Notes under the pieces: generated by a model
What the model saw: only the letters and a program-made list of their open reading frames with translations
Told to the model about the DNA's origin: nothing
Database searches by the model: none
Made by a program: the position numbers and the translations under genes
Origin: Squalus acanthias
Taxonomy: Eukaryota
DNA length: 64,000 nucleotides
Direction: 5' to 3'
Assembly (NCBI GenBank): GCA_030390025.1
Contig: JASTWF010000354.1
Span: 124,001 to 188,000, forward strand
In this document: positions 1-18,000 of the stretch, one piece after another
Numbering within the stretch: the stretch's first letter is position 1
Layout of the letters: each line of letters begins with the position of its first letter

Positions 1-3000
1 ATATCACAATACAATTATATCACACTGCAATTATATCACACTGCAATTATATCACAATACAATTATATCACACTGCAATTATATCACACTGCAATTATAT
101 CACAATACAATTATATCACACTGCAATTATATCACAATACAATTATATCACACTGCAATTATATCACACTGCAATTATATCACACTACAATTATATCACA
201 CTGCAATTATATCACACTGCAATAATATCACACTGCAATTATATCACACTGCAATTATATCACACTGCAATTATATGACACTACAATTATATCACACTGC
301 AATTATATCACACTGCAATTATATCACACTGCAATTATATCACAATACAATTATACCACAATACAATTATATCACACTGCAATTATATCACAATACAATG
401 ATATCACGCTGCAATTATATCACACGACAATTATATCACACTACAATTATATCACACTACAATTATATCACACTACAATTATATCACACTGCAATTATAT
501 CACAATACAATGATATCACGCTGCAATTATATCACACGACAATTATATCACACTACAATTATATCACAATACAATTACATCACACTGCAATTATATAACA
601 CTACAATTATATCACCCTGCAATTATATCTCACCACAATTGTATCACACTACATTTATATCACAACTGCAATTATATCACAATACAATTATATCACACTG
701 CAATTATTTTACACAACACTTATATCACGCTACAATTATATCACACTGCAACTATATCACACTACAATTATATCACACTGCAATTATATCACACTGCAAT
801 TGTATCACACTGCAATTATATCACACTGCAATTATATTACAGTGCAATTATATCACACTGCAATTATATCACACTGCAACTATATCACACTACAATTATA
901 TCACAATGCAATTATATCACACTGCAACTTTGGCATAATACAATAATATCACACTGCAATTATAACATTTTACAATTATATCACACTACAATTATATCAC
1001 AATACAATTATATCGCACTACAATTATATCACTCTAGAATTATATCACAATACAATTATATCACACTGCAATTATATTACAATACAATTATATCACACTG
1101 CAATTATATCACACTGCAAATATATCACACTGCAATTATATCACACTGCAATTATATCACACTGCAATTATATCACACTGCAATTATATCACACTGCAAT
1201 TATATCACACTACAATTATATCACACTGCAATTATATCACACTGCAATTATATCACCCTGCAATTATATCACACTGCAATTATATCACACTGCAATTATA
1301 TCACACTGCAATTATATCACCCTGCAATTATATCACACTACAATTATATCACACTGCAATTATATCACCCTGCAATTATATCACACTGCAATTATATCAC
1401 ACTGCAATTATATCACACTGCAATTATATCACCCTGCAATTATATCACACTGCAATTATATCACACTGCAATTATATCACCCTGCAATTATATCACACTA
1501 CAATTATATCACACTGCAATTATATCACACTGCAATTATATCACCCTGCAATTATATCACACTACAATTATATCACACTGCAATTATATCACACTGCAAT
1601 TATATCACACTGCAATTATATCACACTACAATTATATCACACTGCAATTATATCACACTGCAATTATATCACACTGCAATTATATCACACTGCAATTATA
1701 TCACACTGCAATTATATCACACTGCAATTATATCACCCTGCAATTATATCACACTACAATTATATCACACTGCAATTATATCACACTGCAATTATATCAC
1801 AATACAATAATATCACACCGCAATTATATCACAATACAATTATATCACAATACAATTATATCACACTGCAATTATATCACACTACAACTATATCACAATA
1901 CAATTATATCATGCTATAATTATATCACACTGCAATTATATCACAATACAATTATATCAAAATACAGTGATATCATAATACAATTATATCACACTGCAAT
2001 TATATCACACTGCAATTATATCACACTGCAATTATATCACCATACAAATATATCACACTACAATTATATCACACTACAATTATATCACAATACAATTATA
2101 TCACGCTGCAATTATATCACACTACAATTATATCACAATACAATTATATCAAACTACAATTATATTACACTACAATTATATCACACTGCAATTATATCAC
2201 GATACAATTATATCAAAATACAATTATATCACACTGCAATTATATCACACTGCAATTATATCACGATACAATACAATTATATCACACTGCAATTATGTCA
2301 CGATACAATACAATTATATCACACTGCAATTATATCACAATACAATTATATCAGACTTCAATTATATCACACTGCAATTATATCACAATACAATTATATC
2401 ACAATACAATTATATCACACTGCAATTATATCACATGACAATTATATCACAATACAATTATATCACACTGCAATTATATCACAATACAATTATATCACAC
2501 TGCAATTATATCACACTGCAATTATATCACAATACAGTTATATCACACTGCAATTATATCAAAATACAATTATTACACGCTACAATTATATCACACGACA
2601 ATTATATCACCCTGCAATTATATCACACTACAATTGTATCACAATACAATTCTATCACAATACAATTATTTCACACTACAGTTATATAACACTACAATTA
2701 TATCACACTACAATTATATCACACTACAATTATATCACACTGCAATTCTATCGCAATACAATTATATCACACTGCAATTATTTTACACAACAATTATATC
2801 ACGCTACAATTATATCACAGTGCAATTATATCACAATACAATTGTATCACACTGCAATTATATTACACTGCAATTATATCACACAACAATTATATCACAA
2901 TACAATTATATCACACTGCAATTATATCACACTGCAATTATATCACACTACAATTATATCACACTGCAATTATATCACACTGCAATTATATCACACTACA

Positions 3001-6000
3001 ATTATATCACAATACAATTATATCACACTGCAATTATATCACACTGCAATTATATCACACTACAATTATATCACACTGCAATTATATCACCCTGCAATTA
3101 TATCACACTACAATTATATCACACTGCAATTATATCACCCTGCAATTATATCACACTGCAATTATATCACACTGCAATTATATCACACTGCAATTATATC
3201 ACCCTGCAATTATATCACACTGCAATTATATCACACTGCAATTATATCACACTGCAATTATATCACCCTGCAATTATATCACACTACAATTATATCACAC
3301 TGCAATTATATCACACTGCAATTATATCACCCTGCAATTATATCACACTACAATTATATCACACTGCAATTATATCACACTGCAATTATATCACACTGCA
3401 ATTATATCACACTACAATTATATCACACTGCAATTATATCACACTGCAATTATATCACACTGCAATTATATCACACTGCAATTATATCACACTGCAATTA
3501 TATCACACTGCAATTATATCACCCTGCAATTATATCACACTACAATTATATCACACTGCAATTATATCACACTGCAATTATATCACAATACAATAATATC
3601 ACACCGCAATTATATCACAATACAATTATATCACAATACAATTATATCACACTGCAATTATATCACACTACAACTATATCACAATACAATTATATCACGC
3701 TATAATTATATCACACTGCAATTATATCACAATACAATTATATCAAAATACAGTGATATCATAATACAATTATATCACACTGCAATTATATCACACTGCA
3801 ATTATATCACACTGCAATTATATCACCATACAAATATATCACACTACAATTATATCACACTACAATTATATCACAATACAATTATATCACGCTGCAATTA
3901 TATCACACTACAATTATATCACAATACAATTATATCAAACTACAATTATATTACACTACAATTATATCACACTGCAATTATATCACGATACAATTATATC
4001 AAAATACAATTATATCACACTGCAATTATATCACACTGCAATTATATCACGATACAATACAATTATATCACACTGCAATTATGTCACGATACAATACAAT
4101 TATATCACACTGCAATTATATCACAATACAATTATATCAGACTTCAATTATATCACACTGCAATTATATCACAATACAATTATATCACAATACAATTATA
4201 TCACACTGCAATTATATCACATGACAATTATATCACAATACAATTATATCACACTGCAATTATATCACAATACAATTATATCACACTGCAATTATATCAC
4301 ACTGCAATTATATCACAATACAGTTATATCACACTGCAATTATATCAAAATACAATTATTACACGCTACAATTATATCACACGACAATTATATCACCCTG
4401 CAATTATATCACACTACAATTGTATCACAATACAATTCTATCACAATACAATTATTTCACACTACAGTTATATAACACTACAATTATATCACACTACAAT
4501 TATATCACACTACAATTATATCACACTGCAATTCTATCGCAATACAATTATATCACACTGCAATTATTTTACACAACAATTATATCACGCTACAATTATA
4601 TCACAGTGCAATTATATCACAATACAATTGTATCACACTGCAATTATATCACACTGCAATTATATCACACAACAATTATATCACAATACAATTATATCAC
4701 ACTGCAATTATATCACACTGCAATTATATCACACTACAATTATATCACACTGCAATTATATCACACTGCAATTATATCACACTACAATTATATCACAATA
4801 CAATTATATCACACTGCAATTATATCACACTGCAATTATATCACACTACAATTATATCACACTGCAATTATATCACACTGCAATTATATCACACTGCAAT
4901 AATATCACACTGCAATTATATCACACTGCAATTATATCACACTGCAATTACATCACAATACATTAATATCACACTGCAATTATATCACAATACAATTACA
5001 TCACACTGCAATTATATAACACTACAATTATATCACCCTGCAATTATATCACACTACAATTGTATCACACTACATTTATATCACAACTGCAATTGTATCA
5101 CGCTACAATTATATCACACTGCAATTATATCACACTGCAATTATATCACAGTGCAATTATATCACACTGCAATTATATCACACTGCAACTATATCACACT
5201 ACAATTATATCACACTGCAATTATATCACACTGCAACTATATCACACTGCAATTATATCACACTGCAATTATATCACAATACAATTATATCACAATACAA
5301 TTATATCACACTGCAATTATATCACACTACAACTATATCACAATACAATTATATCACGCTATAATTATATCACACTGCAATTATATCACAATACAATTAT
5401 ATCAAAATACAGTTATATCATAATACAATTATATCACGCTGCAATTATATCACACTGCAATTATATCACACTGCAATTATATCACCATACAAATATATCA
5501 CACTACAATTATATCACACTACAATTATATCACAATACAATGATATCACGCTGCAATTATATCACACTACAATTATATCACAATACAATTATATCACACT
5601 ACAATTATATTACACTACAATTATATCACACTGCAATTATATCACACTGCAATTATATCACGATACAATACAATTATATCACACTGCAATTATGTCACGA
5701 TACAATACAATTATATCACACTGCAATTATATCACAATACAATTATATCAGACTTCAATTATATCACACTGCAATTAAATCACAATACAATTATATCACA
5801 ATACAATTATATCACACTGCAATTATATCACAAGACAATTATATCACAATACAATTATATCACACTGCAATTATATCACAATACAATTATATCACACTGC
5901 AATTATATCACACTGCAATTATATCACAATACAGTTATATCACACTGCAATTATATCAAAATACAATTATTACACGCTACAATTATATCACACGACAATT

Positions 6001-9000
6001 ATATCACCCTGCAATTATATCACACTACAATTGTATCACAATACAATTCTATCACAATACAATTATTTCACACTACAGTTATATAACACTACAATTATAT
6101 CACACTACAATTATATCACACTACAATTATATCACACTGCAATTCTATCGCAATACAATTATATCACACTGCAATTATTTTACACAACAATTCTATCACG
6201 CTACAATTATATCACAGTGCAATTATATCACAATACAATTGTATCACACTGCAATTATATCACACTGCAATTATATCACACAACAATTATATCACAATAC
6301 AATTATATCACACTGCAATTATATCACACTGCAATTATATCACACTACAATTATATCACACTGCAATTATATCACACTGCAATTATATCACACTACAATT
6401 ATATCACAATACAATTATATCACACTGCAATTATATCACACTACAATTATATCACACTGCAATTATATCACACTGCAATTATATCACACTGCAATAATAT
6501 CAAACTGCAATTATATCACACTGCAATTATATCACACTGCAATTACATCACAATACAGTTATATCACACTGCAATTATATCACAATACAATTACATCACA
6601 CTGCAATTATATAACACTACAATTATATCACCCTGCAATTATATCACACTACAATTGTATCACGCTACATTTATATCACACTGCAATTATTTTACACAAC
6701 ACTTATATCACGCTACAATTATATCACACTGCAATTATATCACAATGCAATTATATCACAGTGCAATTATATCACACTGCAATTATATCACACTGCAACT
6801 ATATCACACTGCAATTATATCACACTGCAATTGTATCACACTGCAATTGTATCACACTGCAATTATATCACACTGCAACTATATCACACTGCAATTATAT
6901 CACACTGCAATTGTATCACACTGCAATTATATCACACTGCAATTATATCACACTGCAACTATATCACACTACAATTATATCACACTGCAATTATATCACA
7001 CTGCAACTTTAGCATAATACAATAATATCACACTGCAATTATATCATTTTACAATTATATCAAACTACAATTATATCACAAAACAATTATATCGCACTAC
7101 AATTATATCACTATAGAATTATATCACACTACATTTATATCACACTGCAATTATATTACAATACAATTATATCACACTGCAATTATATCACAATACAATT
7201 ATATCACACTGCAATTATATCACACTGCAATTATATCACACGGCAATTATATCACACTACAATTATATCACACTGCAATTATATCACACTGCAATTACAT
7301 CACACTGCAATTATATCACACTACAATTATATCACGATACAATTATATCACACTGCAATTATATCACACTGCAATTATATCACACAACAATTATATCACA
7401 CTGCAATTATATCACACGGCAATTATATCACACTACAATTATATCACACTGCAATTATATCACACTACAATTATATCACACTGCAATTATATCACACTGC
7501 AATTATATCACACTGCAATTATATCACACTGCAATTATATCACACTACAATTATATCACACTGCAAATATATCAAACTACAATTATATCACAAGACAATT
7601 ATATCACACTGCAATTATATCACACTGCAATTATATCACAATACAATTATATCACAATACAACTATATCACACTGCAACTATATAATACTGCAATTATAT
7701 CACACTGCAATTATATCACACTGCAATTATATCGCAATACAATTATATCACACTGCAATTATATCACACTGCAATTATATCACACTGCAATTATATCACA
7801 ATAAAATTATATCACACTGCAATTATATCACAATACAATTATATCACAATACAATTATATCACACTGCAATTATATCACACTACAATTATCTCACAATAC
7901 AATTATATCACACTACAATTATAGCACACTGCAATTATATCACACTGCAATTATATCACACTGCAATTATATCACACTGCAATTATATCACACTACAATT
8001 ATATAACACTGCAATTATATCACACTGCAATTATATCACACTGCAATTATATCACACTGCAATTATATCACACTGCAATTATATCACACTACAATTATAC
8101 CACACTGCAAATATATCAAACTACAATTATATCACAAGACAATTGTATCACACTGCAATTATATCACACTGCAATTATATCACAATACAATTATATCACA
8201 ATACAACTATATCACACTGCAATTATATCACACTGCAATTATATCACAATACAATTATATCACAATACAACTATATCACACTGCAACTCTATCACACTGC
8301 AATTATATCACACTGCAATTATATCACACTGCAATTATATCGCAATACAATTATATCACACTGCAATTATATCACACTGCAATTATATCACACTGCAATT
8401 ATATCACAATACAATTATATCACACTGCAATTATATCACAATACAATTATATCACAATACAATGATATCACACTGCAATTATATCACAATACAATTATAT
8501 CACAATACAATTATATCACACTACAATTATATCACACTACAATTATATCACAATACAATTATATCAAGATACAATTATATCACAATACAATTATATCACA
8601 CTGCAATTATATCACACTGCAATTATATCACAATACAATACAATTATATCACACTGCAATTATATCACAATACAATTATCTCACAATACAATTATATCAC
8701 ACTACAATTATATCACACTGCAATTATATCACTCTGCAATTATATCACACTGCAATTATATCACACTACAATTATATCACACTGCAATTATATCACACTG
8801 CAATTATATCACGCTGCAATTATATCACACTGCAATTATATCACACTGCAAATATATCACACTGCAATTATATCACACTGCAATTATATCACACTGCAAT
8901 TATATCACACTGCAATAATATCACACTGCAATTATATCACACTACAATTATATCACACTGCAATTATATCACACTGCAATTATATCACTCTGCAATTATA

Positions 9001-12000
9001 TCACACTGCAATTATATCACACTACAATTATATCACACTGCAAATATATCAAACTACAATTATATCACAAGACAATTATATCACACTGCAATTATATCAC
9101 ATTGCAATTATATCACAATACAATTATATCACAATACAACTATATCACACTGCAATTATATCACACTGCAATTATATCACACTGCAATTATATCACAATA
9201 AAATAATATCACACTGCAATTATATCACAATACAATTATATCACACTGCAATTATATCACACTACAATTATATCACACTGCAATTATATCACACTGCAAT
9301 TATATCACACTGCAATTATATCACACTGCAATTATATCTCACTACAATTATATCACACTGCAAATATATCAAACTACAATTATATCACAAGACAATTATA
9401 TCACACTGCAATTATATCACACTGCAATTATATCACAATACAATTATATCACAATACAACTATATCACACTGCAATTATATCACACTGCAATTATATCAC
9501 ACTGCAATTATATCACAATACAATTATATCACACTGCAATTATATCACAATACAATTATATCACAATACAATTATATCACACTATAATTATATCACACTA
9601 CAATTATATCACAATACAATTATATCAAAATACAGTTATATCATAATACAATTATATCACACTGCAATTATATCACACTGCAATTATATCACACTGCAAT
9701 TATATCACCATACAAATATATCACACTACAATTATATCACACTACAATTATATCACAATACAAATATATCACGCTGCAATTATATCACACTACAATTATA
9801 TCACAATACAATTATATCACACTACAATTATATCACGATACAATACAATTATATCACACTGCAATTCTTTCACGATACAATACAATTATATCACACTGCA
9901 ATTATATCACAATACAATTATATCAGACTTCAATAATATCACACTGCAATTATATCACAATACAATTATATCACAATACAATTATATCACACTGCAATTA
10001 TATCACAAGACAATTATATCACAATACAATTATATCACAAACCAATTATATCACAATACAATTATATCACACTGCAATTATATCACACTGCAATTATATC
10101 ACAATACAGTTATATCACACTGCAATTATATCAAAATACAATTATTACACGCTACAATTATATCACACGACAATTATATCACCCTGCAATTATATCACAC
10201 TACAATTGTATCACAATACAATTCTATCACAATACAATTATTTCACACTACCGTTATATAACACTACAATTATATCACAATACAATTATATCACACTGCA
10301 ATTCTATCGCAATACAATTATATCACACTGCAATTATTTTACACAACAATTATATCACGCTACAATTATATCACAGTGCAATTATATCACAATACAATTG
10401 TATCACACTGCAATTATATCACACTGCAATTATATCACACTACAATTATATCACAATACAATTATATCACACTGCAATTATATCACACTGCAATTATATC
10501 ACACTACAATTATATCACACTGCAATTATATCACACTGCAATAATATCACACTGCAATTATATCACACTGCAATTATATCACACTGCAATTATATCACAC
10601 TGCAAATATATCACACTGCAATTATATCACACTGCAATTGTATCACACTGCAATTATATCACACTGCAATTATATCACACTGCAATTATATCACACTGCA
10701 ATTATATCACACTACAATTATATCACACTGCAATTATATCACACTGCAATTATATCACACTGCAATTATATCACACTGCAATTATATCACACTACAATTA
10801 TATCACACTGCAAATATATCAAACTACAATTATATCACAAGACAATTATATCACACTGCAATTATATCACACTGCAATTATATCACAATAAAATTATATC
10901 ACAATACAACTATATCACACTGCAATTATATCACACTGCAATTATATCACACTGCAATTATATCACGATACAATTATATCACAATACAACTATATCACAC
11001 TGCAATTATATCACACTGCAATTATATCACAATACAGTTATATCACACTGCAATTATATCAAAATACAATTATTACACGCTACAATTATATCACACGACA
11101 ATTATATCACCCTGCAATTATATCACACTACAATTGTATCACAATACAATTCTATCACAACACAATTATTTCACACTACAGTTATATAACACTACAATTA
11201 TATCACACTACAATTATATCACACTGCAATTCTATCGCAATACAATTATATCACACTGCAATTATTTTACACAACAATTATATCATGCTACAATTATATC
11301 ACAGTGCAATTATATCACAATACAATTGTATCACACTGCAATTATATCACACTGCAATTATATCACAATACAATTATATCACACTGCAATTATATCACAC
11401 TGCAATTATATCACACTACAATTATATCACACTGCAATTATATCACACTGCAATAATATCACACTGCAATTATATCACACTGCAATTATATCACACTGCA
11501 ATTACATCAAAATACAGTTATATCACACTGCAATTATATCACAATACAATTACATCACACTGCAATTATATAACACTACAATTATATCACCCTGCAATTA
11601 TATCACACTACAATTGTATCACGCTACATTTCTATCACAACTGCAATTGTATCACAATACAATTATATCACACTGCAATTATTTTACACAACACTTATAT
11701 CACGCTACAATTATATCACACTGCAATTATATCACACTGCAATTATATCACACTGCAATTATATCACACTGCAACTATATCACACTGCAACTTTAGCATA
11801 ATACAATATCACACTGCAATTATATCATTTTACAATTATATCAAACTACAATTATATCACAATACAATTATATCGCACTACAATTATATCACTACAGAAT
11901 TATATCACACTACATTTATATCACACTGCAATTATATTACAATACAATTATATCACACTGCAATTATATCACAATACAATTATATCACACTGCAATTATA

Positions 12001-15000
12001 TCACACTGCAATTATATCACACTGCAATTATATCACACTGCAACTATATCACACTGCAATTATATCACACTGCAATTGTATCACACTGCAATTATATCAC
12101 AGTGCAATTATATCACACTGCAATTATATCACACTGCAACTATATCACACTGCAATTATATCACACTGCAATTGTATCACACTGCAATTATATCACAGTG
12201 CAATTATATCACACTGCAATTATATCACACTGCAACTATATCACACTGCAATTATATCACACTGCAATTATATCACACTACAATTATATCACACTGCAAT
12301 TATATCACACTGCAATTATATCACACTGCAATTATATCACACTACAATTATATCCCACTGCAAATATATCACACTGCAATTATATCACACTGCAACTTTA
12401 GCATAATACAATAATATCACACTGCAATTATATCATTTTACAATTATATCAAACTACAATTATATCACACTGCAATTATATCACACTACAATTATATCAC
12501 ACTGCAATTATATCACACTGCAATTATATCACACTGCAATTATATCACACTACAATTATATCACACTGCAATTATATCACACTACAATTATATCACACTG
12601 CAAATATATCAAACTACAATTATATCACAAGACAATTATATCACACTGCAATTATATCACACTGCAATTATATCACAATACAATTATATCACATACAACT
12701 ATATCACACTGCAATTATATCACACTGCAATTATATCACAATACAATTATATCACAATACAACTATATCACACTGCAACTATATCACACTGCAATTATAT
12801 CACACTGCAATTATATCACACTGCAATTATATCGCAATACAATTATATCACACTGCAATTATATCACACTGCAATTATATCACACTGCAATTATATCACA
12901 ATACAATTATATCACACTGCAATTGTATCACAATACAATTATATCACAATACAATTATATCACACTGCAATTATATCACACTACAATTATATCACAATAC
13001 AATTATATCACACTACAATTATATCACACTACAATTATATCACAATACAATTATATCAAGATACAATTATATCACAATACAATTATATCACACTGCAATT
13101 ATATCACACTGCAATTATATCACAATACAATACTATTATATCACACTGCAATTATATCACAATACAATTATATCACCCTGCAATTATATCACACTACAAT
13201 TGTATCACGCTACATTTATATCACAACTGCAATTGTATCACAATACAATTATATCACACTGCAATTATTTTACACAACACTTATATCACGCTACAATTAT
13301 ATCACACTGCAATTATATCACACTGCAATTATATCACACTGCAATTATATCACACTGCAACTATATCACACTGCAACTTTAGCATAATACAATAATATCA
13401 CACTGCAATTATATCATTTTACAATTATATCAAACTACAATTATATCACAATACAATTATATCGCACTACAATTATATCACTACAGAATTATATCACACT
13501 ACATTTATATCACACTGCAATTATATTACAATACAATTATATCACACTGCAATTATATCACAATACAATTATATCACACTGCAATTATATCACACTGCAA
13601 TTATATCACACTGCAATTATATCACACTGCAACTATATCACACTGCAATTATATCACAGTGCAATTGTATCACACTGCAATTATATCACAGTGCAATTAT
13701 ATCACACTGCAATTATATCACACTGCAACTATATCACACTGCAATTATATCACACTGCAATTGTATCACACTGCAATTATATCACAGTGCAATTATATCA
13801 CACTGCAATTATATCACACTGCAACTATATCACACTGCAATTATATCACACTACAATTATATCACACTGCAATTATATCACACTGCAATTATATCACACT
13901 GCAATTATATCACACTACAATTATATCCCACTGCAAATATATCACACTGCAATTATATCGCACTGCAACTTTAGCATAATACAATAATATCACACTGCAA
14001 TTATATCATTTTACAATTATATCAAACTACAATTATATCACACTGCAATTATATCACACTACAATTATATCACACTGCAATTATATCACACTGCAATTAT
14101 ATCACACTGCAATTATATCACACTACAATTATATCACACTGCAATTATATCACACTGCAATTATATCACACTGCAAATATATCAAACTACAATTATATCA
14201 CAAGACAATTATATCACACTGCAATTATATCACACTGCAATTATATCACAATACAATTATATCACAATACAACTATATCACACTGCAATTATATCACACT
14301 GCAATTATATCACAATACAATTATATCACAATACAACTATATCACACTGCAACTATATCACACTGCAATTATATCACACTGCAATTATATCACACTGCAA
14401 TTATATCGCAATACAATTATATCACACTGCAATTATATCACACTGCAATTATATCACACTGCAATTATATCACAATACAATTATATCACACTGCAATTGT
14501 ATCACAATACAATTATATCACAATACAATTATATCACACTGCAATTATATCACACTACAATTATATCACAATACAATTATATCACACTACAATTATATCA
14601 CACTACAATTATATCACAATACAATTATATCAAGATACAATTATATCACAATACAATTATATCACACTGCAATTATATCACACTGCAATTATATCACAAT
14701 ACAATACAATTATATCACACTGCAATTATATCACAATACAATTATCTCACAATACAATTATATCACACTACAATTATATCACACTGCAATTATATCACAA
14801 TACAATTATATCACTATACAAATACATCACAATACAATGATATCACGCTACAATTATATCAAACTGCAATGATATCATAATACAATTATATCACACTGCA
14901 ATTATATCACAATACAATTATATCACATTACAATTATATCACACTACAATTATATCACAATACAATTATATCACACTACAATTATACCATACTGCAATAA

Positions 15001-18000
15001 TATCACAAGACAATTATATCACACTGCAATTATATCACACTGCAATTATATCACACTGCAATTATATCACCATACAAATATATCACACTACAATTATATC
15101 ACACTACAATTATATCACAATACAATTATATCACGCTGCAATTATATCACACTACAATTATATCACAATACAATCATATCACACTACAATTATATCACAC
15201 TACAATTATATCACACTACAATTATATCACAATACAATCATATCACACTACAATTATATCACGCTGCAATTATATCACACTACAAATATACCACACTGCA
15301 ATTATATCACACTGCAATGATATCACACTGCAATTATATTATACAATTATATCACACTGCAATTATATCACAATACAATTATATCACACTGCAATTATAT
15401 CACAATGCAATTATATCACAATACAATTATATCACTCTGCAATTATATCACACTGCAATTATATCACACTGCAATTATATCACACTGCAATTATATCACA
15501 CTGCAATTATAACAAAATACATTTATATCACAATATAATTATATCACACTACAATTTTATCACACTACAATTATATCACACTGCAATTATATCACTATAC
15601 AATTATATTACACTACAATTATATCACACTGCAATTATATCACAATACAATTATATCACACTACAATTATATCACAATACAATTATATCACACTGCAATT
15701 ATATCACAATACAATTATATCACACTGCAATTATATCACACTACAATTATACCACACTGCAATTATATCACACTGCATTTATATCACACTGCAATTATAT
15801 CACACTACAATGATATCACACTGCAATTATATTATACAATTATATCACACTGCAATTATATTACAATACAATTATATCACACTGCAATTATATCACAATG
15901 TAATTATATCACAATACAATTATATCACTCTGCAATTATATCACACTGCAATTATATCACACTGCAATTATATCACATTGCAATTATATCACACTGCAAT
16001 TATAACAAAATACAATTATATCACAATATAATTATATCACACTACAAATATATCACACTACAATTATATCACAATACAATTATATCACACTGCAATTATA
16101 TCACAATACAATTATATCACACTGCAATTATATCACAATACAATTATGTCACACTGCAATTATATCACAATATAATTATATCACACAGCAATTATATCAC
16201 ACTACAGTTATATAACAATACAATTATATCACACTACAATTATATAATACAAATATATCACACTTCAATTATATCACAATACAATTATATCACACTGCAA
16301 TTATATAACACTGCAATTATATCACAATACAATTATATCACAATTCAATTATATAACGCTGCAATTATATCACAATACAATTATATCACAATACAATTAT
16401 AACACACTGTAATTATTTCACACTACAATTATGTCACACTACAATTATATCACACTACAGTTATAACACAATACAATTATATCATACTACAATTATATAA
16501 CACTACAAAGATATCACACGACAATTATCTCACAATACAATTGTATCACACTACAATTATATCACACTACAATTATATCGCACTGCAAATATATCACAAT
16601 ACAATTGTATCAAACTACAATTATATCACACTACAATTATATCACACTACAATTCTGTCACAATACAAATATATCACACTACAAGTATATCACAATACAA
16701 TTATATCACGATACAATTATATCACGCTGCAATTATATCACACTGCAATTATATCACACTGCAATTATATCACAATACAATTATATCACACTACAATTAT
16801 ATCACACTACAATTATATCACAATACAATTATATCACACAGCAATTATATCACACTGCAATAATATCACAAGACAATTATATCACACTGCAACTATATCT
16901 CACTGCAATTATATCACACTACAGTTATATAACAATACAATTATATCACACTACAATTATAAAATACAAATATATCACACTTCAATTATATCACAATACA
17001 ATTATATCACAATCCAATTATATAACACTGCAATTATATCACAATACAATTATATCACAATTCAATGATATCACGCTGCAATTATATCACAATACAATTA
17101 TAGCACACTACAATTATATCACAATTCAATAATATCACAAATCAATTTTATCACAATACAATTATATCACAATACAATTATAACACACTGTAATTATTTC
17201 ACACTACAATTATATCACACTACAATTATATCACACTACAATTATAACACAATACAATTATATCATACTACAATTATATAACACTACAATTATATCACAC
17301 GACAATTATATCACAATACAATTGTATCACACTACAATTATATCACACTTCAATTATATCGCACTGCAAATATATCACAATACAATTGTATCAAACAACA
17401 ATTATATCACACTACAATTATATCACACTACAATTCTGTCACAATATAAATATATCACACTACAAGTATATCACAATACAATTATATCACAATACAATTA
17501 TATCACGCTGCAATTATATCACACTGCAATTATATCACACTGCAATTATATCACAGTACAATTATATCACACTACAATTATATCACACTACAATTATATC
17601 ACACTACAATTATATCACAATACAATTTTATCACACTTCAATTATATCACACTGCAATAAAATCACAAGACAATTATATCACACTGCAACTATATCTCAC
17701 TGCAATTATATCACACTGCAATTATATCACAATACAATTATATCACAAGACAATTATATCAGACTTCAATTATATCACACTGCAATTATATCACAATACA
17801 ATTATATCACAATACAATTATATCACACTGCAATTATATCACAAGACAATTATATCACAATACAATTATATCACACTGCAATTATATCACAATACAATTA
17901 TATCACACTGCAATTATATCACACTGCAATTATATCACAATACAGTTATATCACACTGCAATTATTTCACACTGCAATTATATCACACTGCAATTGTAAC

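Noticed and set aside
2816..2822. CACAGTG variants matching the V(D)J recombination-signal heptamer (the consensus CACACTG is one mismatch away)
   Set aside because: There is no ACAAAAACC-like nonamer at 12/23 spacing and no V/D/J segments. A single substitution in the monomer explains it.
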